Assembly (NCBI GenBank): GCA_902790215.1
Contig: CADAQX010000021.1
Coordinates: 3,601 to 67,600, forward strand
DNA: 64,000 nt
Source of the DNA: an uncultured Bacteroidota bacterium
GTDB lineage: Bacteria; Bacteroidota; Bacteroidia; Bacteroidales; P3
Direction of reading: 5' to 3'
A program made the translations under genes and the position numbers. This document shows positions 25,338 to 34,127 of this stretch, piece by piece (positions within the stretch are counted from its first letter, which is position 1; every line of letters begins with the position of its first letter). Below the pieces are notes generated by a model. That model was not told the DNA's origin. It made no database searches and saw only the letters and a program-made list of their open reading frames with translations.

Positions 25338-27686
25338 ATGAAAAAAATACTTTTCATGCTGGCGGCAGTGGTCTTCACCACTGCCGTTGTGGCTCAGAAT
25401 GCCACAACCGAAGAAGAAATGATGCGCCAATGGCGCCAGATGAAGCACAAGCGCGACATATCCCAGCAGGCCAAGCTGAGCTCCATCCCACTGGGAAAAG
25501 CCCTGCCCGAAAGCAAAAGTACAAAAGCCCTGCCCGAAGACCGCGTATGGTTCCCCGGCGAATGGGAAGAGGTGAAAGCCGTCATTGTCACACCCTCCTA
25601 TACCTACCAACCCGACTCCAACTTGGGTTCCGGATACTTCTCGGCCGAACCTATGGTGACCGGCGTGGCTGAATACTACAAATACAGCCCCACCCGCGGA
25701 TGGGTATCCATGAACATCTACGGTCCTTACAAAAGCACCATGGACACCACCTCAGCCTTCGGACTCGTGTTCTTCAGACTCATGGACGGCATCCAGCGCG
25801 GCCATGCCGAGGCATGGGTACGCGTGGAAAAAGAAGAAGACACCGCCAAAGTACTCCGCACACTGAAACGTTTAAATATGCGGAACGACAGCGTCCGCTT
25901 CGTCATCGGCCCCGGCAACTCCTTCTGGTACCGCGATTGCGGCCCCATCTGCTTCTACTATGGCGACCAAGACAGCGTGGCCATGATGGACTTCGAGTAC
26001 TATCCCGGCCGTGCGCTCGACGACTCCCTGCCTTCACTCATCTACCGCCAAATGAACATCCCCAACTACATCAACACTATCGAATGGGAAGGCGGCAACT
26101 GCCTGGTAGACGGTGCCGGCTTCCTGCTAAGCAGCGACGCACTCTACAGAAACAACAGCGACGAATACGGCCAACTCACATGGGATGGACGCAACCCCAG
26201 CTCCATCCACTACACCAGCAAGACCCGCCTTACCCAAAGCCAGACCCGGAATGCCCTGCGCGACCTCCTCGGACAGCGCGAGACACACATCCTGCCCACC
26301 TACCAATATGACGGCGGCACTGGCCATATCGACCTCTATGCCGACATGTGCGAGGAAAACGGCTTCGTCTTTTCGGTCATGCCCGAGGCCTACAGCTCAT
26401 GGGCAGACTACCGCACCGGTGCCCGCAACATCGACTCCCTCTGCTCCTACACCTCCCTTTTCAACCGCCCCTACTACAAAACCACCATCCCCTTCCCCAG
26501 CAAGGACGACGGCTCCAACTTCACCTCCCAGCGGGAATATAACGAGCAATACACCCGCACCTACAGCAACCACACCTTCGTCAACGACCTCATCCTCCAG
26601 CCCTGCTTCTCGGCTGTAGTCAACGGACAACCTTCCGCAGCCTGGGACCGCGACAACATCGAGAAACTCAAGGAAGCCTACCCTGGCTACACCATCTATC
26701 CCGTCGACGTGCGCACCTTTGACGGCAGCGGCGGCGCCATCCACTGCGTCACCAAACAGATACCCGCCGACAACCCCGTGCGCATACTTCACAAAAGCAT
26801 TGTCGGCTGTGCCAACGACCTGCAGGACGAAGTACCCGTCAGTGCCGTCATCACCAACCAGAGCGGCATAGCCCATGCCGAATGCATCTACCGCACCAAC
26901 GGTGGCGAATGGCAAACCATCAGCCTCACCGCCAACGGCAACCGCCACTACGGCCGCATGCCCCGTCCGCAAAGCACTTTCTTTGTAGACCGTGTTGACA
27001 CCATTGTCCATTACAACGTCATCGACAGCGTAGCCAACATAACCGTCATCGACAGCACCCTCAACGCCGACTCCACCACCTACACCTATCATTACGACAC
27101 CACCTATACCTTCCAATACGATACCACCTACACCGTCGACACCGTCGATGTGCTGGTTGACACCGTCGTGAACGTGGAGTACTACATCTCTGCCACATCC
27201 AACAACGGCAAGACTATCACCAAACCTATGACCGCCCACCAAGGTGGCTACTACAGCTACTACTTCACCGGTCAACTCGACACCGTTGCCTTGCTCGACA
27301 GCATGCAGTACGACTTCGACACCACGCCCATGCCCGCCACCGACATCACCTTCCTCTTCGATGCCAACCGCACCCACCGCGACACCAGCACGGCTCCCGA
27401 GCCCCCTGCCGTAGGCATTGACACTCCCGCCGACGAATCGGCCTTCGGACAGTTCTACCCCAACCCCGCCACCTCTCAGGCCAACATCCGCATTGACCTG
27501 GGCAGCGGCGGCGACTACAGCGTAGCCATCATCGACAACCTCGGCCGCACCGTGCACACCAGCACCCTGCAAACCGCCGGCACCATTGTCTACACCATCC
27601 GCACCGAGTGCCTGGCAGCAGGACTCTACACCGTAGTTTTCTCCGGCAACGGACAGACCATCGCACGCCGGTTAGTGGTCAAATAG
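25338..27686 (+). CDS. Secreted agmatine-deiminase / Porphyromonas-type peptidylarginine deiminase-like enzyme with a T9SS C-terminal domain
   Basis: Signal peptide. FWYRDCGP, EWEGGNC, GTGHIDLYADM and GGAIHCVTKQ guanidino-modifying motifs. The C-terminus FYPNPATSQANIRIDL...YTVVFSGNGQTIARRLVVK is a type A T9SS CTD. Confidence 0.8.
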   Translation: MKKILFMLAAVVFTTAVVAQNATTEEEMMRQWRQMKHKRDISQQAKLSSIPLGKALPESKSTKALPEDRVWFPGEWEEVKAVIVTPSYTYQPDSNLGSGYFSAEPMVTGVAEYYKYSPTRGWVSMNIYGPYKSTMDTTSAFGLVFFRLMDGIQRGHAEAWVRVEKEEDTAKVLRTLKRLNMRNDSVRFVIGPGNSFWYRDCGPICFYYGDQDSVAMMDFEYYPGRALDDSLPSLIYRQMNIPNYINTIEWEGGNCLVDGAGFLLSSDALYRNNSDEYGQLTWDGRNPSSIHYTSKTRLTQSQTRNALRDLLGQRETHILPTYQYDGGTGHIDLYADMCEENGFVFSVMPEAYSSWADYRTGARNIDSLCSYTSLFNRPYYKTTIPFPSKDDGSNFTSQREYNEQYTRTYSNHTFVNDLILQPCFSAVVNGQPSAAWDRDNIEKLKEAYPGYTIYPVDVRTFDGSGGAIHCVTKQIPADNPVRILHKSIVGCANDLQDEVPVSAVITNQSGIAHAECIYRTNGGEWQTISLTANGNRHYGRMPRPQSTFFVDRVDTIVHYNVIDSVANITVIDSTLNADSTTYTYHYDTTYTFQYDTTYTVDTVDVLVDTVVNVEYYISATSNNGKTITKPMTAHQGGYYSYYFTGQLDTVALLDSMQYDFDTTPMPATDITFLFDANRTHRDTSTAPEPPAVGIDTPADESAFGQFYPNPATSQANIRIDLGSGGDYSVAIIDNLGRTVHTSTLQTAGTIVYTIRTECLAAGLYTVVFSGNGQTIARRLVVK

Positions 27687-27711
27687 CCGCACTAACCACA
27701 CTCCTATACAG

Positions 27712-27743
27712 AAACGCTCCATCGTCAGGTGGAGCGTTTTTTT
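27712..27743 (+). terminator. Intrinsic terminator
   Basis: Stem aaacgctcca/tggagcgttt followed by a T-run. Confidence 0.75.
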
Positions 27744-27787
27744 CAAAAATCGTTCATCATACTGCGCCCAATGTATAGACCTTCTTC

Positions 27788-28079
27788 CGTCGTCATTTAT
27801 TCGATCGTTATTCGATCGTTTTCCCTTTCTTTTCCGTTTCACAAAGGGAAAACGATAGGAAACATATCGAAAAACGATAAGATAAAGAACGACGCTACAT
27901 CGAGCCCGGAAGGCGCACTGAGGAACGTTGGGGACAAATATGCGACACTATTGGAACGTTGAGGAAAGTTGGTGTAACCCCTCACAGAATAAAATGTAAC
28001 TTCCGCGCGAAGCAGCAAGAGTCTCACCGAAAACATTCGCCGGCTGTTTTGGACGGAAAAAAGAGATGAATCTTGTTAA
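27788..28079 (+). repeat. Dispersed intergenic repeat, subtype 1, copy C
   Basis: Two TTATTCGATCG 11-mers, then a 12-bp inverted repeat cgttttcccttt/aaagggaaaacg. Aligns by eye with copies A and D. Confidence 0.85.
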
Positions 28080-28166
28080 ACTTTTGTTATTTTAAAAAAA
28101 AGTGTATATTTGCATTTTATAGTGAATTTGTAAATATTTAGGCAATAACAAAATAATCAAAACATT

Positions 28167-30113
28167 ATGAGTAATTATCATCGTTTCAACAAGTCTTTCT
28201 CCGCAAAACGCGCAGTGGCGCTGGTGTGCCTGCTGTGTGTAGCCGGAGTTGCAGCATGGGCCCAGCCCACTCGGCTGTACATCGACACGTCAGCCTCCAC
28301 ACAGGTTGCCCCCTCCAAGGTGTACGACGGCACTACTGTCGCCACAATCACTGTGGTTGGCACGCCCGTGGGCATTGTAGCACCCTACACCAATGTATCC
28401 CTTGTGGCCGCGGCCAACTACACCGACCCCTCGGTGGGCGGCATCAAGATGGTGGTGGTGACCTACTCGCTTGCCGGGTCTGATTCCGCCCTGTATCTCC
28501 CCCCTATCAACGATACCCTGTGGGCCAGCATCATGCCTAAACAGCTCACTATCTCCGGCACGATGATCGACAGCAGCAAGGTTTACAACCACAGCACGAT
28601 TGCCAACATCCAGCGCGTCGGCACCCTGCAGGGCGTTGTGGCTGGCGACAACGTGTTCCCCTCGGCCACGGCACGCTATGCCGATGCCAACGTGGGAGTT
28701 GCCAAACCCGTGGTGATCACCTATTCGCTCTACGGCGGCAATACAATGGTGTACAGCAACTACATCCTTCCTGCCACCGACACGCTCACGGCCGACATCA
28801 CCCCTCTCGGACTCATTGCCCCCGCCATCACGCTTACCCCTTCCAAGTTCTATGACGGCACAGTCAACTGCCCGGTCCTCGACCCCGGCACCATCACCGG
28901 CATCTACAGCGGCGACGAGGTCACCTACTCCGCTTCTGCCGTGTTCCTCACCCCCGATGCTGGCGAGAACAAGGTTGTAATACCCGTATTCACCCTGAAT
29001 GGTCCCCAAAGCTTTAACTACACCGTCGTCGACACCGCTTCCACCCCCTATCATGCCGACATCCTTCCGCGCCAGCTGGGTGCCCAGGGTGCCGTGGTAC
29101 GCACCACCAAATCATATGACGGCACCACCGACGCCTATGTGATTTACCCCGCTTTCCCCGCCAATTACATCGACGGTGAAACAATCCTTATCAGCACCAC
29201 TGCTTCGTTTGACTCGCCCGAAATCGGCATAGGGAAGACCATCACCCTGCATTACAACCTGGAGGAAAACGACTACTCCTCCAACTACCTTGCCCCCGAG
29301 GACGAGATCTACACCACCGAGGGCAGAATTATCGCCGCCACGGTGCTCGACTCCTCTTTCGACCTGAACGGCATCGTGTCTGCCGACACCCACTTCTGCC
29401 AGGGCGACTATGTAGAGATGGAATGCCATATTGCCCAGGGCCTGCCTTCGAACTACACACTGGTTTTCAACGCCGCAGCCTTGGCCCAAGGTTTTTCAAA
29501 CCGGCACGACACAATAATCCTCGGCGGAGAGAGCAGCTTCACTATGGGTTTCTTTATTCCTGAAGGCTGCGAAGAGGGTAACTATTCGGTCACTATCATG
29601 ATTTACAACGATGCCGAAGACGAACTTGTCGCCTCGTGGAGCTTTGAAGTCGACATGCCCAACACCTATCTGGTGCAGGTGTTCAACGATGTGGTGAGCA
29701 TCGACAACACTTCCGAGCGCTTCAACACGTTCCAGTGGTTCAAGGACGGCAAAGCCGTGTCCGGTGCCACTCTGCCCTACTACCAAGATCCTGACGGCTA
29801 CCTGAACGGACTCTACTCCGTGAGAGTGAATGCCGGCACCGACGATGAGCACATGATATGCCCCATCGAGTTCGACAACACACCCGCCAAGAGCATGAAG
29901 CTTTACCCCAACCCCGTTGTGAACACCACCCAGGTGAAGATTGCGGGCTCCGACCGGGAGACACACGAGCTTACGCTCTACAACAGCTATGGCACACCCG
30001 TGCTGAAAACCACCTTCTCAGGCAGCGAGTATCGCCTTGACATGAACAGCCTGCCGCAGGGCGTCTATATGCTCAGCGTGGACGACATGAACACAAAGAC
30101 TGTCAAACTGTAA
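28167..30113 (+). CDS. T9SS-secreted adhesin-like protein with repeated YDG/MBG-type domains
   Basis: Recurrent K(V/S/F)YDGTT motifs spaced about 90 aa apart. The C-terminal LYPNPVVNTTQVKI...GVYMLSVDDMNTKTVKL is a T9SS CTD. A TATATTTG box lies at 28105-28112. Confidence 0.75.
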   Translation: MSNYHRFNKSFSAKRAVALVCLLCVAGVAAWAQPTRLYIDTSASTQVAPSKVYDGTTVATITVVGTPVGIVAPYTNVSLVAAANYTDPSVGGIKMVVVTYSLAGSDSALYLPPINDTLWASIMPKQLTISGTMIDSSKVYNHSTIANIQRVGTLQGVVAGDNVFPSATARYADANVGVAKPVVITYSLYGGNTMVYSNYILPATDTLTADITPLGLIAPAITLTPSKFYDGTVNCPVLDPGTITGIYSGDEVTYSASAVFLTPDAGENKVVIPVFTLNGPQSFNYTVVDTASTPYHADILPRQLGAQGAVVRTTKSYDGTTDAYVIYPAFPANYIDGETILISTTASFDSPEIGIGKTITLHYNLEENDYSSNYLAPEDEIYTTEGRIIAATVLDSSFDLNGIVSADTHFCQGDYVEMECHIAQGLPSNYTLVFNAAALAQGFSNRHDTIILGGESSFTMGFFIPEGCEEGNYSVTIMIYNDAEDELVASWSFEVDMPNTYLVQVFNDVVSIDNTSERFNTFQWFKDGKAVSGATLPYYQDPDGYLNGLYSVRVNAGTDDEHMICPIEFDNTPAKSMKLYPNPVVNTTQVKIAGSDRETHELTLYNSYGTPVLKTTFSGSEYRLDMNSLPQGVYMLSVDDMNTKTVKL

Positions 30114-30135
30114 TTCACCAATAACTTAGACTATT

Positions 30136-31752
30136 ATGAAAAGAATATTCACTACAATCATAATGCTGGCCGTAGCCGCCACGGCTTCTGCCCAGTTTAT
30201 CGACCACCACAACAATATCCAACTCTATTGCGGCGGTGGCGTACATTCAATGTATTACAATCCCGTTGAGGGCATCCGTTCCCCGGGAGCCGGTGCCTTG
30301 GTGGGCCTGCAGTACCAGTACATGTTCAACCACCACTGGGGATTAGGGTTCGGCGTTGAGGCCAGCACACTGAACAGTTCGGCCAAATACAACTACAGCA
30401 TTGTGAACAACAACATCATGCTGCCCGGTGCCCTGTATGAGAGCAATGTGACCACAACCCTCTACAACCTGACGGAGAAGCAGCACATGACCGACATCAG
30501 CATCCCGCTGCAGGTAGTCTTCCGCAACCCCGTAAACCACACGATTGCATTCCAGATGGGGCTGGGACTTTCCGCCGACATCCCCTTCAAGGGCACCTAC
30601 CGCGTGACGGCCGGCACCTACTCCCGCTCGGCATACATGCCCCATACCAATGTAACCTACTCCGACCTGCCTTCGCACAATCTGGGCCGCTACTCCGCCA
30701 CATCAAAGAAAATCGAGGGCAACAACGAGCTGCCTAAATTCTACATGAGCCTGCTCGCCGACCTGGGCTACACGTTCAACTGCAGCGACGCCTTCGGCAT
30801 ATATCTGGGTATTTATGGAAAGTTCGGCCCCAACAATATCAATACCCGAAGCGAGATCAAGACCCCGATGCTGGACTATAACGACGTCTACACCGCCTCT
30901 TTTGGCAGCGACCGCGTGTGCAATGTGTACGCCTATGAAGCCGGCCTCAAGATTACCCTCCGCTTTGGATTGGGTCGCGATATGGACTGGCGTATAATAA
31001 AGGCCGCCGAGGAAGCCGCTGCCGCACAGGCCGAGGCTGAACGCCAGGCCGCCCTTGCAAAGGCCGAGGCCGAGCGCAAGGCTGCCGAGGAAGCCGCCAT
31101 TGCCGAGGCCATCGCAAAAGAGAAGGCTGAAGCCGAGGCTCGCGCCCGTGCCGCCGCCGACTCCATAGCCCGTGTGCATGCCGCCGAGCGCGCCAAAGCC
31201 GAAGCCGAAGCCCGCGCACAGGCCGAAGCACTGAACCGTGCCAAAGCCGCTGCCGACTCATTGGCCAAAGCACAGGCTGCCACCGAGGCCCGTCTGAAAG
31301 CCGAGGCTGAAGCACGCGCCAAAGCCGAAGCCGAGGCTCGCAGAGCCGAGGCAGAAGCACGTGAACGCGCCCGCGCCGAACAGCGTGCCCGCGAAGAGGC
31401 CGCCTTCGTGGCCGGATACAGAGACGTGGCATACTTCGAGACCGGCAAGGACATGCCGATATTCAGCGAACTCAACGAGGACTCGTGGGACAACCTGAAA
31501 GCCGTCATGGACAAGCACCCCGAAATCAAGGTTACCGTCACCGGACACACCGACAACGTGGGCAAGGACGCAGCCAACCTGAAACTGTCGCAGAACCGCG
31601 CCGACAACATCAAAAAGATGCTTGTGCAGAAAGGCATCGCCGCCGACCGCATCACCGCCATAGGCAAGGGTGAGAGCGAACCCGTCGAGACCAACAGCAC
31701 ACCCGAAGGCCGCGCCAAGAACCGCCGCATTGAAATCACCATCGGCAAATAG
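30136..31752 (+). CDS. OmpA-family protein (beta-barrel, long Ala/Glu/Arg/Lys helical spacer, OmpA_C domain)
   Basis: Signal peptide. The C-terminal TGHTDNVG...NLKLSQNRADNI...NRRIEI is the OmpA peptidoglycan-binding domain. Confidence 0.85.
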   Translation: MKRIFTTIIMLAVAATASAQFIDHHNNIQLYCGGGVHSMYYNPVEGIRSPGAGALVGLQYQYMFNHHWGLGFGVEASTLNSSAKYNYSIVNNNIMLPGALYESNVTTTLYNLTEKQHMTDISIPLQVVFRNPVNHTIAFQMGLGLSADIPFKGTYRVTAGTYSRSAYMPHTNVTYSDLPSHNLGRYSATSKKIEGNNELPKFYMSLLADLGYTFNCSDAFGIYLGIYGKFGPNNINTRSEIKTPMLDYNDVYTASFGSDRVCNVYAYEAGLKITLRFGLGRDMDWRIIKAAEEAAAAQAEAERQAALAKAEAERKAAEEAAIAEAIAKEKAEAEARARAAADSIARVHAAERAKAEAEARAQAEALNRAKAAADSLAKAQAATEARLKAEAEARAKAEAEARRAEAEARERARAEQRAREEAAFVAGYRDVAYFETGKDMPIFSELNEDSWDNLKAVMDKHPEIKVTVTGHTDNVGKDAANLKLSQNRADNIKKMLVQKGIAADRITAIGKGESEPVETNSTPEGRAKNRRIEITIGK

Positions 31753-31772
31753 CCGTTACCCTGCATGCAAAA

Positions 31773-31810
31773 AAGAGAGAGGCAGACCTTGTGTCCGCCT
31801 CTCTTCTTTT
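31773..31810 (+). terminator. Intrinsic terminator of the ompA-like gene
   Basis: Stem gagagaggc/gcctctc(t)tc followed by a T-rich tract. Confidence 0.6.
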
Positions 31811-31968
31811 GGTTTTAAGGTTTTAGGGTGGAAAGGTTTTAGTGTGTTATTGTATGCCGTTGATAAGTTGATAAGTTTATACGGCTCGCATCATATCAAC
31901 ATATCAACGTATCAACATATAAACCTTCAAACCTTTTAACCCTCAAACCCTTTAACCCAAATCGGTCA
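31811..31968. repeat. Nested word-hairpin: outer GGTTTTAAGG/CCTTCAAACC-type arms around an inner GTTGATAAG/CATATCAAC hairpin (copy 1)
   Basis: The inner core ccgttgataagttgataagtttatacggctcgcatcatatcaacatatcaac (31857-31920) recurs at 33980 and 48497. Confidence 0.8.
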
Positions 31969-31981
31969 TTGCAAAAGAGGG

Positions 31982-33121
31982 TCACTCCTCATTCTCCGAG
32001 GGCGACAGACTGCAGTAAAGCGAGTAGAAATCACTGATGATTTTGTGCTGGGAGAACTTCTCCCTCTGCACCCGGCCCTTCTCCACCAGCTGCTGACGCA
32101 ACGCGGGGTCGTCGAGTATAGACTTGAGCCGCTGCGCAATCTCCGAAGGATTCTTGGGGTCGGCATACAGGGCTGCATCGCCACCGGCCTCAGGCATGGA
32201 AGAGACATTTGAGGTGACCACGGGCGTATCGCAGCAGAGGGACTCCAGAATGGGGATGCCGAAACCCTCGAACAGCGACATATAGGCCGAGGCTTGGGCA
32301 CAGGCATAGAGCGCCGGGAAGTCCTCGAAATCGGCCTTGTTTAAAATATGCACCCGCTCTGTCATGCGCAGCGACCTCACAGCAGACATCAGCGAGGAAT
32401 GGTATGCACCGTGGTTATTCCCCACAATCACCAAGTGGACATCGTCGGGCAACTCTGCCATAGCCTTCACCACAGCAATCTGGTTCTTGCGCTCCTCTAT
32501 CGAACCCACGCAGATAATATACTTCTCCGGCAGGTGGTATTCCTCGCGCACATAAGCCCTGTCCGACTCGCTGACCGGTTTCCAAAAGATTGGGTCGCAC
32601 GACTGGTAGACAACCCTGATCTTGTCCTCAGGCACATGGATAAAGTCTATCAAATCGCGCTTGGTCTGCTCGCTGACGGCCACCACCACATCGGCAATCT
32701 TGCACGAATGCCTAATCTTCGAACGGTGTACACACCTGTCAACAACGGAATAGAACTGCGGGAAACGCCACACGATGAGGTCGTGTATCGTCACCACACG
32801 CTTAATGGAGCGGGGGATTCCGTGCGGCAGTTCGTGGCTGAGGCCATGGAAAATCTTCACCTTGTCGCCCTTCAAGTGGAAAGTCACGCCAAAGCGCCTC
32901 CAAATATCGGGGAAGAAGCGGTCGATACCCGTTGGCTGGCGGGTGGAAATGTTGGCATAGCCGGTAAAATAGCTCTTGTACTCGCCCGACATAACGGGAG
33001 AATAAAGGAATGCGCGCACATTCTGGTGCTCCTGCGCCAGTCCGCAGACAAGCATACGGCTGTAGTTCCCTAACCCCGTATTGTTTTGAAATGCACGCTT
33101 TGCGTCAAAACCGATAACCAT
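31982..33121 (-). CDS. Glycosyltransferase family 4 (GT-B)
   Basis: EGFGIPILESLCCDTPVVTS...EAGGDAALYADP motif. Start at 33121 (MVIGFDAKR). Confidence 0.85.
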   Translation of the reverse strand: MVIGFDAKRAFQNNTGLGNYSRMLVCGLAQEHQNVRAFLYSPVMSGEYKSYFTGYANISTRQPTGIDRFFPDIWRRFGVTFHLKGDKVKIFHGLSHELPHGIPRSIKRVVTIHDLIVWRFPQFYSVVDRCVHRSKIRHSCKIADVVVAVSEQTKRDLIDFIHVPEDKIRVVYQSCDPIFWKPVSESDRAYVREEYHLPEKYIICVGSIEERKNQIAVVKAMAELPDDVHLVIVGNNHGAYHSSLMSAVRSLRMTERVHILNKADFEDFPALYACAQASAYMSLFEGFGIPILESLCCDTPVVTSNVSSMPEAGGDAALYADPKNPSEIAQRLKSILDDPALRQQLVEKGRVQREKFSQHKIISDFYSLYCSLSPSENEE

Positions 33122-33193
33122 AATTATATCCTGTTTGAATTTGCAAAAATACAAAAAAAAATCGTATCTTTGCAAATTCAATCAAAAAAAAGC

Positions 33194-33958
33194 ATGACAC
33201 GCATATCCGCAATAGTCATCACCCAAGACGAAGAACGCAACATAGGCCGCTGTCTCTCGTCGCTGCAGGGAATCGCCGACGAGATTATCGTGGTCGACTC
33301 CGGCTCCACCGATGCCACAGAGACCATCTGCCGGCAATTCGGAGCCCGTTTTGTGCACCACCCCTGGGCAGGCTACTCCGGGCAGAAAAACTATGCCGAC
33401 AGCCTCGCCTCCCACCCATGGACCCTCAGCATCGACGCCGACGAAGCCCTCTCCCCCACCCTGCGCAACACCCTTGCGCAACTGAAAGAGCAAGGACTGG
33501 ACAACGGCAGCGTGTACCAGTTCAACCGGCTCAACAACTTCTGCGGAAGCTGGATACACCACTGCGGCTGGTACCCCGACGCAAAAGTGCGCCTGTGGCC
33601 CACAGGCCAGGCTCAATGGCAGGGCACCATACACGAAGAGCTGAACCACAGCGCCTGCCCCACGGTAACCACCCTCAAAGGCGACCTGCTCCACTACTCC
33701 TTCTACAGCATCGACGAAATGACCCTCCGCCACCGCCGCTACTACCTCCTGGCCGCACAGGCCACACACGATGCAGGCCGCAAAGCCACCATGGCGGCCG
33801 TAGTGCTCAAACCCCTCTGGGCTTTCCTGCGCGGATACGTGCTGCTCGGAGGCTTCCTCGACGGCCACGCCGGCTACCTGGTCTGCCGCATGAACGCCCA
33901 CTACACCTTCATGAAATACGCCACACTGAGAGAAATGACAAAAAAAATGCTTGATTGA
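33194..33958 (+). CDS. Glycosyltransferase family 2
   Basis: ISAIVITQDEERNIGRCLSSL...IIVVDSGSTD motif. Start at 33194 lies behind a TATCTTTG box (33165-33172). Confidence 0.85.
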   Translation: MTRISAIVITQDEERNIGRCLSSLQGIADEIIVVDSGSTDATETICRQFGARFVHHPWAGYSGQKNYADSLASHPWTLSIDADEALSPTLRNTLAQLKEQGLDNGSVYQFNRLNNFCGSWIHHCGWYPDAKVRLWPTGQAQWQGTIHEELNHSACPTVTTLKGDLLHYSFYSIDEMTLRHRRYYLLAAQATHDAGRKATMAAVVLKPLWAFLRGYVLLGGFLDGHAGYLVCRMNAHYTFMKYATLREMTKKMLD

Positions 33959-33979
33959 CTGATTGTGTAAATACGTTAT

Positions 33980-34088
33980 CCGTTGATAAGTTGATAAGTT
34001 TATACGGCTCGCATCATATCAACATTTCAACATATCAACATATCAACGCAAAACATATCAACATATCAACGTATCAACATATCAACAT
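33980..34088 (+). repeat. GTTGATAAG/CATATCAAC word-hairpin, copy 2 (extended right arm)
   Basis: Same conserved core of about 50 nt as 31857-31920. The right arm carries about 8 CATATCAAC-type units. Confidence 0.85.
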
Positions 34089-34127
34089 AACACATCCAAT
34101 AACAACCCTCAACCCCCCGTTCCCATC

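Noticed and set aside
27729-27962. Small ORFs inside the dispersed repeats (27729..27962, 8152..8337, 17335..17580, and antisense 27839..28036, 35548..35850, 55189..55446) as a small-protein family.
   Set aside because: The N-termini and start codons are not conserved between copies. Copy A is closed early by TAA, and copy D has an in-frame TGA before the conserved part. Both strands show apparently conserved ORFs, which is expected from plain nucleotide identity. I kept this only as something to test formally.
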